From Flaccisagitta enflata (taxonomy: Eukaryota): 64,000 nt of DNA. Shown here in pieces: positions 1-10,535 of this stretch. How positions within the stretch are numbered: the stretch's first letter is position 1; each line of letters begins with the position of its first letter. The position numbers and the translations under genes are program-made. Where the stretch lies: assembly GCA_965153355.1 (NCBI GenBank), contig OZ231126.1:20398001-20462000 (forward strand), read 5' to 3'. The notes beneath the pieces were generated by a model that saw only the letters and a program-made list of their open reading frames with translations, did not search any database and was not told the origin of the DNA.

Positions 1-90
1 GTCCATGATGGCGTACCTGGAAGTCCATGATGGCGTACCTGGAAGTCCATGATGGCGTACCTGGAAATCCATGATGGCATACCTGGAAGT
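1..90. repeat. 22-bp tandem repeat (GTCCATGATGGCGTACCTGGAA) x~4, probably continuing upstream of the window
   Basis: Three exact units and one unit with two mismatches, read directly. Confidence 0.9.
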
Positions 91-317
91 ACAACAATGA
101 AAAATTATAACTACAAAAATTTTCAAAAAAAATTTTCAAAAAAATTTTTTCAAAAAAAATTTAGAAAAATTTTCAATTTTTTTTCAAGAAAAAAAAAATT
201 CAAAAAAAAAACTTCAAAAAAAAAAATTTTCAAAAGAAAAAAAAAATTTCAGAAAAAAATTTTTTCAAAAAAAATTTCTAAGTCCAGGAAATAATGTTAC
301 TAGACTAGATACATCAT

Positions 318-650
318 AAATACCCTTATATTTTCTTAACCAATACTCAGAATTTACTGAAATCTTGCAGGGGAGCTTTAATTGATGCAATGAACCTTCA
401 CAACAAGTTTGAACAATATTGGTGAACCTTTACTACGCTTCCCCTATGTAATTTGCACAATTCCAGGAATTGATATTACTAGCAAAATACCCTAATATCT
501 TCTAAACCAATACTCAGAATTTACTGAAATCTTGCAGGGGAGCTTTAATTGATGCAATGAACCTTCACAACAAGTTTGAACAACATTGGTGAACCTTTAC
601 TACCCTTCCCTTATGTAAATTGCACAAGTCCAGGAATTAATATTACTACA
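318..650. repeat. ~168-bp direct tandem duplication
   Basis: AACCAATACTCAGAATTTACTGAAATCTTGCAGGGGAGC...GGTGAACCTTTACTAC occurs at ~338 and ~506, nearly identical. Confidence 0.85.
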
Positions 651-1248
651 AAAATAATAGGCAAAGGGTATTAAATATTTATGAATGTTGTTGAAAGTTG
701 GTACACAGGTTAGTAATGCCCTAAAAATAACACTGACCAAGTTTCATCAACATCTGAGTACTGGTTCTCAAGTTTTCGAGGGTTGAGACAAACAACAACA
801 ACGACGACGACGGCTTACTACACGAAAGGAATTTTCAAGGCTATGTTATAGACCACATCGAGAAATAACTCGATGTGGCCAAAAAGAAAATTCGGGGAAA
901 ATAAAACTTTTGACAGTACCAAATAAAAAAATTGATTAGTAAAACACAATTTAACACTGTTTAAACTTTATAGATAGAGTTTTATAGCTATATGGGGAAG
1001 AAAATCAGATTTTGTAATGCTGTTGGGCTACCCAACAGCGCAAAGAAGAAAATCAAAAGCAAGAGGGGGGGAGAAATTGCTCAAAAGGTCATGTAACCAT
1101 ATACACCCTTGAAAAAATGATAAAACATATTTATATCCCCTCAATTTCTTATGTTGATTCTAGATTAAAAGAATAATGCAATTTGGACGCAACTAAACGG
1201 AAACATCAATGTAGATTATTTTCGCCAACTTAAATCGACGCAATATTC

Positions 1249-4200
1249 TCACGACAAAAAGGCCCAAATTTCCAACGCCTTGATTACAAAATCCTCCTTA
1301 GAAGAAAGACAATCGTTGCCAAAAGTGGAACAGGGATGGCTCCTGCCGTGATACAAGTCCTCGTCGAGCCAAAGGCCGAACAAGCCTTCGCCTGCGCCGA
1401 TGGCCAAACTCTCCTTGTTGCCTTTGATGAAAAAGCTGTTTTCGCCGGACCACGGCCAATGCTTTAATTCTCCATCGTCGAGGAGGGAAAACAGAAACAT
1501 TTCGCCGTTGCCGTAGAAATGATCGCTGACGGTAAACGAACAAGAAGACATGGCCCCGAATACTTTGTCGTTGGTGTCCTTGATAAACATGAGCACGGGA
1601 CCTTGAGGCAAGGCGGCCATTTTCCGGTACAAGGAGTTCAAGGAAAATCCGTTTTCTTCCGTGGAAAAGACGAGATTCCAAGGGTAGCCGACGGTGCGCG
1701 CCGGCAGTACCTCGTGGATTTTCTTCACCATATCTTCGTCGAATATGGCCGATGCGCCGATGATTTCCGGCATCAAACTCATCATCGAATCTTCCGACAT
1801 GAGAACCGATCTGCGCCGCTCGATTTCGTCGGTGTTGATGATCTCCCATTCTTTAGCGACCAACTGCTTGAGGAAATCGTCGTCGTTCGCATCATCGCCT
1901 TCATCGCTCAAATTGCCGTTGACGACAAAGGCCTGTTGATGTTGATCGTCGTCCCGATTGTCGTACACTTCCGGCGTCCACTGTAAGAAAAAGGCGTAGA
2001 GACGGGGAGCGCGATCTTTAGGTATGGAAAACCAATATTCTGGTCGCTTCTTCTTTTTCGCGTAAGACGCGATCGGCCCAGACGACGAGACTCGCTTGTT
2101 GAGCGGTTGTCCCACTTTGAGGCAGAGGAACATCGGCGGCTGCGGAAGAGGATTCGTCGAAGCAGCGACAACCACCATGTCGGTGGCGGCGGAGCCCGAA
2201 GATGAAGAGGATGAAACGAATTCCTTGTTGAACAGATGCTCGGTGATGGCCGGATCGACGGCGTTTTCCAAATGAATGCCGCCGGATGATGAACCCATCG
2301 ACGATGACGAAGCGCATTGAAATTCCGACGAGGAGTTGATCGACAAATCCGCGTACCAGACGGTGGCGCCGGCCGAGATCGTCGTACCAACCGCGTCGAC
2401 GGAGGCACCAACGACATCTTGGCGCATATCTTCGCCATCTGGTGCCCGAATGATGGGCTTCGTAACTCCCTCGTCAGTTATTGTACGTGATTGCTGTTGC
2501 TGCTGCGTGGTGCTTTGATTAGTCGCGGTGATGATAGTTGTACAAGACGAAGATTGTGACGTAACAGTAAGCGTTGACTTAGTAGGAGTATCTGCGTTAG
2601 TAAGCTGGGAGGATTGAGTGACGGAAATCTCGATTTGGCTGACGGATAGTCCTAAATCGCCGCCCGTTAATACTTTCGGAGAAGCGGAATCAACGAGAGC
2701 GCCTCGAGACTCCGCCGACGAGATCAGTGACTTTCCCGGCGTCTCAAACACGGAATCGTCCAGTTCAAAAACCGGAATCGCGGGAGTGGCATTGACTAGA
2801 TGTTGCTTGTTGGAAGAGGCGGCGTCGGACTTATTCTTTCCTTCATTCGAGGATGCAGCAGACGCGTGCGATCCACTCGATTCCTTGGAAGAACCGCCGT
2901 TTGAAGGACTGAGGCCTCGATGAGCGCCAATATTGTTTCCGGAAGCTTTCTCTCCCAAAGCTACGGAGAGTCTTTGCTCCGTCGGCACCGCCTTGAGCCC
3001 ACCTTTGGCCGTGTCGGGAGTAACGCTTTCGTCAGTCACATCCCCGCGATACGCTGGCGAGAGCTGACTACCGCTACGCTTTTCTTTTCCTTCCACGCTC
3101 ATGCGGGATATGTCGTGGTAAAGAGTGGCGTTCATGACGCACTCCATCGGCGCCATGACTCCATACTCTTCGGCGGAATGTTCGATGACCAAAGGGTCCA
3201 TGACGTGAGGATCAAACATGATGGCATTGGGTGTGACGAGCAGAGTGCCGGCGACGACGCCGCGACCGTCGGTGATGTACTTTGCGTCCAATTTGAGAAA
3301 TCTTTCCAGGCATTCTTTATCCGGATCCACATCGGCGGCGGCAACGGCGCCGCCGCTGGATAAACCTTTGTTGTTGTTTTTATTTCCATCATCCTGACCG
3401 TTTTTCTTCTTCCGCAGTGACGTTCGGGAGATGGCGGTGGCGGGGTTGAGTTTGGAAATGAGGCTGGTGAATTGCGAAGAAGCCGCGGCGCCGGCGTCTT
3501 TCGAAGCTTCCGTGACGCCGCCTGTGATGGCCGTGACGGAGGTAAACGACGGTAAAGAAGGAAGCGATGGCATTTTCGTTGTGACTTCGCCAGCGTCGTT
3601 GTTAGCGCCGCCGCCAGCTTTACCGGGATGTTGGGAATCATCGATCGCCGCGGCGGCGGGAAACATGACGTCGACGGCGACAGCTCCGGGCTCTTTCGTA
3701 GGCGATGGAGTGACGGGACTGGCGTCGGGATCTGGCACGAACAAAATCTGCCCCGGGAAAATCATTCTAGAGGCCATTTTGTTCATTTTGCAGATTTCCG
3801 ACGGCGTGGTCCGGAAGCGGATGGCGATTTTCTCCATCGTATCTCGAGACCCGACTTCCACTTCTAAAGCGTTTTTGGGTTTGAGCAACTGCTTCGTCGA
3901 CTGCCGCTTGCTTAAAGACGGCTTCTCTGACAACGCCAAGGGGATGGCGGAAAAGGCCGCCCTGGAAGGATCGACGCCGCCGCCGCTTTCGGCATGGCTA
4001 TCTCCGCCGCCGCCGCCGCCAACTACATCCTTAGTCGTTCTATCCATCGGTGACTTTTGCTCTTGGCCGTTATCTGGTGTAGCAGACGGGGAAGTATCCG
4101 GCAAATCAAAGAGCGGGTTAAGATGCTGCTGAGAGGGAACCGGACTATGTTGTTGCTTTTGTTTCAGAGGCTGCCTCTGAAAGCCCTCGACGTCGCCTTT

Positions 4201-4392
4201 TAAAGTTGCGGAGAATTTCCCAGAATCCGACAGATCGGTGAAGCTGACTTGGCAACGCTCGCCAGAAGAAGTGGAGGAAGAGGAAGTAGATTGCGCACCG
4301 CCCGCAGTGACGCTTGATTCCGTGTTTGGGTTGCGAACTCTCATCGATGGTAGCTCCATTGCCGTGTGCGTTGGGTTACAGGAGCAATGCAT
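1249..4392 (-). CDS. OXR1: Oxidation resistance protein 1 / NCOA7 (mustard) family protein, LysM + GRAM-like + TLDc, single-exon CDS
   Basis: 1047-aa ORF. LysM (VGSRDTMEKIAIRFRTTPSEICKMNKMASRMIFPGQILFVP), GRAM-like block (FLKLDAKYITDGRGVVAGTLLVTPNAIMFDP), PEYWFSIP motif and C-terminal TLDc (WNLVFSTEENGFSLNSLY...GLFGLWLDEDLYHGRSHPCSTFGN...LEIWAF). The exact start Met is uncertain. Confidence 0.93.
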   Translation of the reverse strand: MHCSCNPTHTAMELPSMRVRNPNTESSVTAGGAQSTSSSSTSSGERCQVSFTDLSDSGKFSATLKGDVEGFQRQPLKQKQQHSPVPSQQHLNPLFDLPDTSPSATPDNGQEQKSPMDRTTKDVVGGGGGGDSHAESGGGVDPSRAAFSAIPLALSEKPSLSKRQSTKQLLKPKNALEVEVGSRDTMEKIAIRFRTTPSEICKMNKMASRMIFPGQILFVPDPDASPVTPSPTKEPGAVAVDVMFPAAAAIDDSQHPGKAGGGANNDAGEVTTKMPSLPSLPSFTSVTAITGGVTEASKDAGAAASSQFTSLISKLNPATAISRTSLRKKKNGQDDGNKNNNKGLSSGGAVAAADVDPDKECLERFLKLDAKYITDGRGVVAGTLLVTPNAIMFDPHVMDPLVIEHSAEEYGVMAPMECVMNATLYHDISRMSVEGKEKRSGSQLSPAYRGDVTDESVTPDTAKGGLKAVPTEQRLSVALGEKASGNNIGAHRGLSPSNGGSSKESSGSHASAASSNEGKNKSDAASSNKQHLVNATPAIPVFELDDSVFETPGKSLISSAESRGALVDSASPKVLTGGDLGLSVSQIEISVTQSSQLTNADTPTKSTLTVTSQSSSCTTIITATNQSTTQQQQQSRTITDEGVTKPIIRAPDGEDMRQDVVGASVDAVGTTISAGATVWYADLSINSSSEFQCASSSSMGSSSGGIHLENAVDPAITEHLFNKEFVSSSSSSGSAATDMVVVAASTNPLPQPPMFLCLKVGQPLNKRVSSSGPIASYAKKKKRPEYWFSIPKDRAPRLYAFFLQWTPEVYDNRDDDQHQQAFVVNGNLSDEGDDANDDDFLKQLVAKEWEIINTDEIERRRSVLMSEDSMMSLMPEIIGASAIFDEDMVKKIHEVLPARTVGYPWNLVFSTEENGFSLNSLYRKMAALPQGPVLMFIKDTNDKVFGAMSSCSFTVSDHFYGNGEMFLFSLLDDGELKHWPWSGENSFFIKGNKESLAIGAGEGLFGLWLDEDLYHGRSHPCSTFGNDCLSSKEDFVIKALEIWAFLS

Positions 4393-4863
4393 CCACTGAG
4401 ACGTTCACTATCAGATTATCAAATTTCTAAACTCGGCTCGCGCCACTTTGTTTCTTTCGGCAAAGAGTCTGCATGATTAACAGTTTCAGTCAGTATTTGA
4501 GTTCGAGAAATGAAAGCTCTTTGGGTTTCGCTGAATCACATAATTTAATGTCTCGTCATCCTCGATAAACGGGGACAAAACCAGAAAATCATCATTGGTC
4601 CCCGTTCTGGTGGACGAAGGTGAAGATGCCGTTCGTCGTCCATCTGCGACAGACTGGGTAAGGAAAGGAACATTTCTTGATAAATAGTATCGCTTTAGCT
4701 TACTGTGATGCTAAAAATGGCTGAATCCCAGTAAAGGCGGCTATCGCCGACCGGAAAAAAAGTTGTAAATGGGAGTCTCTTTTTTAGCGCATGTTTTCCT
4801 GTGTTTGCATCTCATGCTGTCTGGTTGACTGCCTGTCTGTTTTTGTTACTCAATGAGTTTCAA

Positions 4864-4866
<3 letters not shown>

Positions 4867-4941
<75 letters not shown>
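4867..4941. repeat. (CT)n microsatellite
   Basis: Direct reading. Confidence 0.95.
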
Positions 4942-4944
<3 letters not shown>

Positions 4945-5613
4945 TAGTAAAATGCGAAAGCAAGCGTCATAAAAGTTTCTCTTTCTCTTTCTCTTCAACA
5001 CTAATGATCGTACAGACATCTGGTTGGCGACATTTGAAAGAGAAAAGTTAGTTCTTTCATAGCTGTAAATATAAAAAATTTTTTACTCCTGGTCGAAAAA
5101 TGGCCCAACTTCCGCAAATTGCCTCTTGAAAACCAAAATAAGAAAACTATCTCCACCCTACGTTTCAAAGATTACATAATTCGACTTTTTCCCAATACAC
5201 TTTTTTTTATAAGAACCTAGTTTATAAGAACATCAAGGCTTCGAATGGCCTCAAAATTAAGAACATCTTAAGAACATATGAAGGCTTCAAATCTTAAGAA
5301 AAAAATTTCGCTTAAGGTAATATTTAAAAAAACATTAATGAAACACTTGAATTTTACTATAATTAGGATAATACTTTATAAATTTTTATATAAATACAGT
5401 GGAACCCCGCTTCCTTGACAACGCCGTTAACGGTGACCCGCCTTTAGTGTACAATAAGCTGTGGTCCCAATTTTTTCTGGCCTTTTGTAATGCTAAATTG
5501 CCCCTAGTTAACGGACTCGCCTTTAGCGGTGAATCGCCTATATCGGTCAAATATTTTAGTCCCAAATGACCCTAAACTCTTTGTTAGCGGCAAACTGACA
5601 GTAGCCCAGGTGA

Positions 5614-5650
<37 letters not shown>

Positions 5651-5804
5651 GAGGGAGAGAAAAAAAATCAAAATTTGATAGTAATCAAATAATTCTTTCT
5701 TGTTACTATAACAAAAAAAAAGGGTCTATTTGTTGAATACATCACACATAATCAAAGAATTTTAAACACATTTATTGTCAAGTCCGGATATAGGGAATGA
5801 GGTA

Positions 5805-6215
5805 CTACACGAATTTAAAAAAAAGACGCACTTTTGAATGATTGATTGCGCCATTGAAAATCAAAAAAACTAACTAAAATCTTAGACCATTTTGAAGCCC
5901 TTGAAAAACTCTTTCATTTGGCGCCAATCTGGTATCTCTATCTTTTTTCGTTTGGAAATGGCATTAGTTTGAGTAAAAATGTTGCCAAATTTGTTTTTTC
6001 AGTCCCTTTGAAAAAGATGCAATTCAGCAAAATGGTGTCTCACTTTAAAGAGCTCTAGCTCCTAAACCGTTAAAAATACAGATCTGGGATTGGTCTAGAA
6101 CGAAAGATAATTCGAAAATCTTCAAAATCACTTTTTCTGTAAAATTTTTTTGGTACTTTTTAAGTCAGTTTTATCACCAAATACAAAGGTGCGTCTTTTT
6201 TTTAAATTCGTGTAG
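5805..6215. mobile_element. MITE with ~27-bp TIR (CTACACGAATTTAAAAAAAAGACGCAC) and TA target duplication
   Basis: Near-perfect inverted termini flanked by TA at 5803-4 and 6216-7. Confidence 0.85.
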
Positions 6216-6315
6216 TATACTTAGGAATGCTATCCACATTTTTGAACCAAGTCTAATTTTTGTTGACTTACAAAGAAAAAACTCTCACTTTATTGATTCA
6301 ATAGCACATTCATGT

Positions 6316-6540
6316 TTTTAGTCGCCTGAATGCACCTCTATAAAAGGGCTTGTCCATTGGTCCATCTATCTGTTGGTCCATCATGATGATCATGTTGATA
6401 ATTAAGAAAACTTACACATTTGAGTCTTCCATTGTGACTGTGTGTGTGCAAGTGTGTGTAGGGTGGGCGAAGGTGTGAATGGGGTTTGTCCGCCACTACC
6501 CACCCATCCGCAATGAGATGGTGACCCCACCACACTTGTT
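6316..6540 (+). mobile_element. Helentron-associated (HINE/DINE-like) short element
   Basis: TTTTTAGTCGC...CTCTATA start, GTCC-type microsatellite, CCCACCC.TCCGCAA...CACTTGTT end, matching other copies in the window. Confidence 0.55.
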
Positions 6541-7167
6541 ATTCTAAGATCCGTCTTTTAATCTATCTGCCACTATCTTTCTGTCACTGTTTAGCTGTAA
6601 TTTTTTTTCAATCAGATTGTCTGTATTAGTTTGTCCTTGTCTTTATGTTTTGCCATTATTCTATTTATTTGTCAGTCTGTCTGTCTCATGTTCAGATATG
6701 GTGGTAATTTGTTATGTTGAATATTCATTTGTAAATGAAATAGCACACCACTATGAATACTTTTTATCTACTATCTAAATCATGAAAACTTATCAATCTA
6801 AAAAAGGGAGACATTCAAACTCCAATAAGATAAGGAAGTAGTGGCTGCTATGGTATAACCAATCAGCTAGCCATATGGCATTTCGCGATAACAGTGCCCC
6901 GCAATAAGGGACAAATTTGATGGGTCCCTTTGGGACCGTTATCAAGGGGCAGGGCTGTACAAGAAAATATCCCTTGACTTCAATGTTTAACATTTGTTTT
7001 AGCAGTATTCAATAGAAATATATTAAGTATAATTTTATAATAGTATATTATAAGGTTTCCTATAGTTTATATAGTATTTTAGATTTTAAAAGAACGCTCT
7101 AAGAACGTTGAAGGCTTCATTTGGCCTCAAAAATAAAAACATGAAGCCTTCGAAAAAAAAGTGACAT

Positions 7168-8261
7168 TATAAAGAAGATACGCTCGTAGAAGAAAGCTCT
7201 AGTTTCTTAGTTTAGTCTAGCTAGGATTCGTAGTCTAGTTTTCCGTCTCTGTCTTTTATTATTTTCTTATTTCTTTAGTTTCTTTATGAATTCATGTACG
7301 TCTCTCCACATCTGCTCAGCAAATTGGTATGTCATAGCGGTCATATGTATTATTAGTATGTCATCCTTTCCTCATCGATATGTCATGTCATAGTTGTATG
7401 GTCTTCACAAATACAGTCATGGATACGAAGCAAAGCTGCGCATTCATTTGTCGATATACGGCGGAGAAGGAGAGGCGCCCCGTCGCGGGGGTCAAATGCG
7501 CGACAATGACAATTTGCGGCCTTCGTACGTACGGCAACGAATATGGACTTCTAACGCCCTCTAAAGACTCATCGGCGGCGGACGTCAATACGAGAGCGTT
7601 GGCGCACAGCGGGAATATGAAAGTTGCAACAATCAAAACAACGAGTATCTCTTCCCCAAGACGCATTACGTGGAAGACGCGGAAACGAAGCGTATAGTGT
7701 GCACGGCGGCGGTAAACAAGGACACCACGCCATTGAAATTCCCCATCGACATCGCAGCAGATATTTTTCTCATGCAAAGACGCTGACGAATCGACGCCGC
7801 GACGGCGGGAGAAGCTTTTGACGGCGGGAGAAGACGGCAAGCTGGAAACTACTATCAAAGTTCTACTCGCGCACTTCATCACGTTCCAACCTCGCACCTT
7901 CGGAACGGCGGTTGGGGCGGGAGTATAAAGAAGATACGCTCGTAGAAGAAAGCTCTAGTTTCTTAGTTTAGTCTAGCTAGGATTCGTAGTCTAGTTTTCC
8001 GTCTCTGTCTTTTATTATTTTCTTATTTCTTTAGTTTCTTTATGAATTCATGTACGTCTCTCCACATCTGCTCAGCAAATTGGTATGTCATAGCGGTCAT
8101 ATGTATTATTAGTATGTCATCCTTTCCTCATCGATATGTCATGTCATAGTTGTATGGTCTTCACAAATACAGTCATGGATACGAAGCAAAGCTGCGCATT
8201 CATTTGTCGATATACGGCGGAGAAGGAGAGGCGCCCCGTCGCGGGGGTCAAATGCGCGACA
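7168..8261 (+). mobile_element. TRIM-like non-autonomous LTR retroelement, 338-bp LTRs, 418-bp internal region, 5-bp TSD GACAT
   Basis: 7168-7505 and 7924-8261 appear identical. GACAT at 7163-67 and 8262-66. Purine-rich GGGGCGGGAG immediately precedes the 3' repeat. Both repeats end in CA. Confidence 0.75.
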
Positions 8262-10092
8262 GACATTCTTATAAAGAAAAAAAAAGTGTATTGGTGTAGG
8301 TTGGTGGTAACTCGTAATTATAACCGTCGGTAAGGTGCAATATTGAAATAGGAAGAATAGCAGGCCGGGGTGTATACAATTGAGTCAAACAATTGAGTCG
8401 CATTCGATATTTTTCCCCCTGTGACTCATTCCCATGTTGCATTGCGATGCATGAAAGAATATGATTTTCATCTCTATGGCTACAGACACATAAAATCTCG
8501 CAATTTGGAATCAGTCTGATATTGTCAAGTCACCATATGTTGCTTTAATACTGGAAAAAGTTAAATCATTTAAAATTTGTTTTTTTCTTTTTGATCGATT
8601 TCCTTTTGATTACCTTCCCCATCTCCAAACCCTTGGAAAAATCCTCCCCCTCCCCCGTGACGGAACATCGGACTTCCTTCAATTGATCTTCGTCCGCGTT
8701 GCAACGATATAAAAAATCTCCCTATAAACCCATAAAACTACATTTGGGGATTAATTTCCTTTTCTTATAAAAGAGACATGGGCCCGAGAGATGCAAAAAC
8801 CAAATAAGAATGCCCAGGCTAAGATTCTGATTTGGCATTTAAGATGCTTTCTAAGATTTAACTACAAAGATGATGATTCAAAATTTTCAGAGAAATGGGT
8901 AGTTTTTTCTGAGAAAGTAACCTCATGTTTGGGTTTGCTTGTGAAATTAGGCTTCATGGACATGGTTGATCAAGATTTCCCTAATATTCACGCAAAATTA
9001 ATAATATATGTATATTGACTTATTTACATGATTGTACGTTGAAGAAATTGAGAGCACTTAAAAGAATTTGAGTCTGAAAAAAGCGTAGCGCTGAATTTTG
9101 TTGAAGTATTGTTTTAGTTCCACCATAAGTATAAAATCTCTTTCAATTGTGTTTATTTTTTAAATTTTGTACATGTTCTTTCTTTCTTTCTGAAAGAGAA
9201 GCAAAAGCAAAATGAGTCTCGTCTTCTTTATGTTCTTTGCCCATTGACTTCATTCCACATTTCCAAACTTTGAAAAAAAGGGGGGAGAAACGGGGGACTC
9301 AACTTTATACATCCCAGTTAAAGGGAGAGAAAGGCGAGAAACAGAACGGAGAAGATTATGCATGATGGAAATAACATATGAAGATAGGTAGACAGGGGAA
9401 AAGGAGAGAAACAAACAGAATCCTTGCCACGGCGAGAGTAGCCATCGTGGATACAGTACGGCAACTGTAGATCAGTCATAGGTCTATTACCATTTAAATA
9501 AAACGCTGACGTGTCAACATACATGAAATTACATGATACAACATAACAAACCTTCAATTCATACACCAAAACGAAAGTTCACAGAAGTAGGGAGGTTTGG
9601 ACCCTCAAACATCCGTGTACTTGAAGCTTCCGATTTGAGAGAACAATAGCTGGGAAGCAATCAAATTAACACAATAACACAATTGACACGCCTAGAGCTG
9701 TAAATGACGTAGCATCTTTATTCTTTTTTGTGGAAAAAAAATCTTGATTGACCGATGACAGCGAATGTTCCTGTGGTTCCTGTCTTGTGCTAGAGATTTC
9801 TCAGATCGCTTAATAATAATTGCGCAGAAAATAAACTGAGAATCGGCACGACGCGGAATTCTAACAGCAACAGTGCATTCTCTGAGTTTTTTTCAGCCCT
9901 AACGTCCTCTTTGAGAGCAGTGCACACTGCTGATCAAGAGGATGAGCGATGTTAGGTTTGTGACGTCACAGATAAGATGCTTTGAATGGAAGTAGCCAAT
10001 CGAATTAAAGAACAGAAACACAGCGTCAATAGAGGGGACCAATCAGAGATTGAGATCTGAGAAGCGTGCAACGTCATAGAGTAATTTCTTAC

Positions 10093-10535
10093 CTTCGAGC
10101 TGTTCCTGGTGGCTGGTGCGCAACTGTATGCGTCTTTACGTAAACAAAGCAGCTGTAACATCTTTCGGGGGATTCCCTAGAATTCCTAGAATTCCCATTG
10201 AGGTTGTGTCTCTTTCGCTGGTGACATTTCAATTATCCGAAGCTTTCTGCTTTTATGAATTTAATGGCTGTCGAAACGAAAGAATTGTGGGGGTCTCCTA
10301 TAATTATTCCATGACGCCGTCGAACAACCGTGTTTTTAAAGAATTCAGCATACACTATACATCGACATATGTTAGTCATAACAACCTTTGTTCGGCCTTC
10401 TCAGGTTCGTTCATCATCGCTTCTCTTTTCATCCCTAGAAGTTTCATCGTAAATGATCAGCCAAACATATACTCCAGTGACGAAGACTTCTGCGCGAAGT
10501 AGGCACTGGTATTAACTGCATGAGATATAGAAACA
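10093..10535. promoter_or_regulatory. Putative bidirectional promoter / first-exon region shared by OXR1 (-) and RPRD1 (+)
   Basis: Minus-strand donor AAG|GTAAGA at 10093/10092 could join acceptor TCGCAG| at 4644/4643 upstream of the OXR1 CDS. The RPRD1 ATG is at 10536. Confidence 0.35.

Larger units (their letters stand above)
5198..8288. mobile_element. TA-flanked MITE (CACTTT..TTTATAAGAA termini) expanded by several nested insertions
   Basis: TA|CACTTTTTTTTTATAAGAA at 5196 and TTCTTATAAAGAAAAAAAAAGTG|TA at 8290. Short relatives at 10805, 41005 and 47353. Confidence 0.75.

Noticed and set aside
49..294. Lys/Phe-rich ORF
   Set aside because: Low-complexity A/T runs following a tandem repeat.
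853..878. 10-bp stem hairpin CCACATCGAG/CTCGATGTGG as a terminator
   Set aside because: In this context (after a microsatellite, before an A run) it is better explained as the terminal hairpin of a Helentron-like repeat.
1298..4132. Overlapping and antisense ORFs within OXR1
   Set aside because: Shadow frames of a GC-rich coding region.
7380..7897. ORFs inside the LTR-like element, and a possible hammerhead ribozyme (CTGACGA at ~7783)
   Set aside because: No gag or pol motifs. No stem II followed by GAAA, so a retrozyme is not supported.
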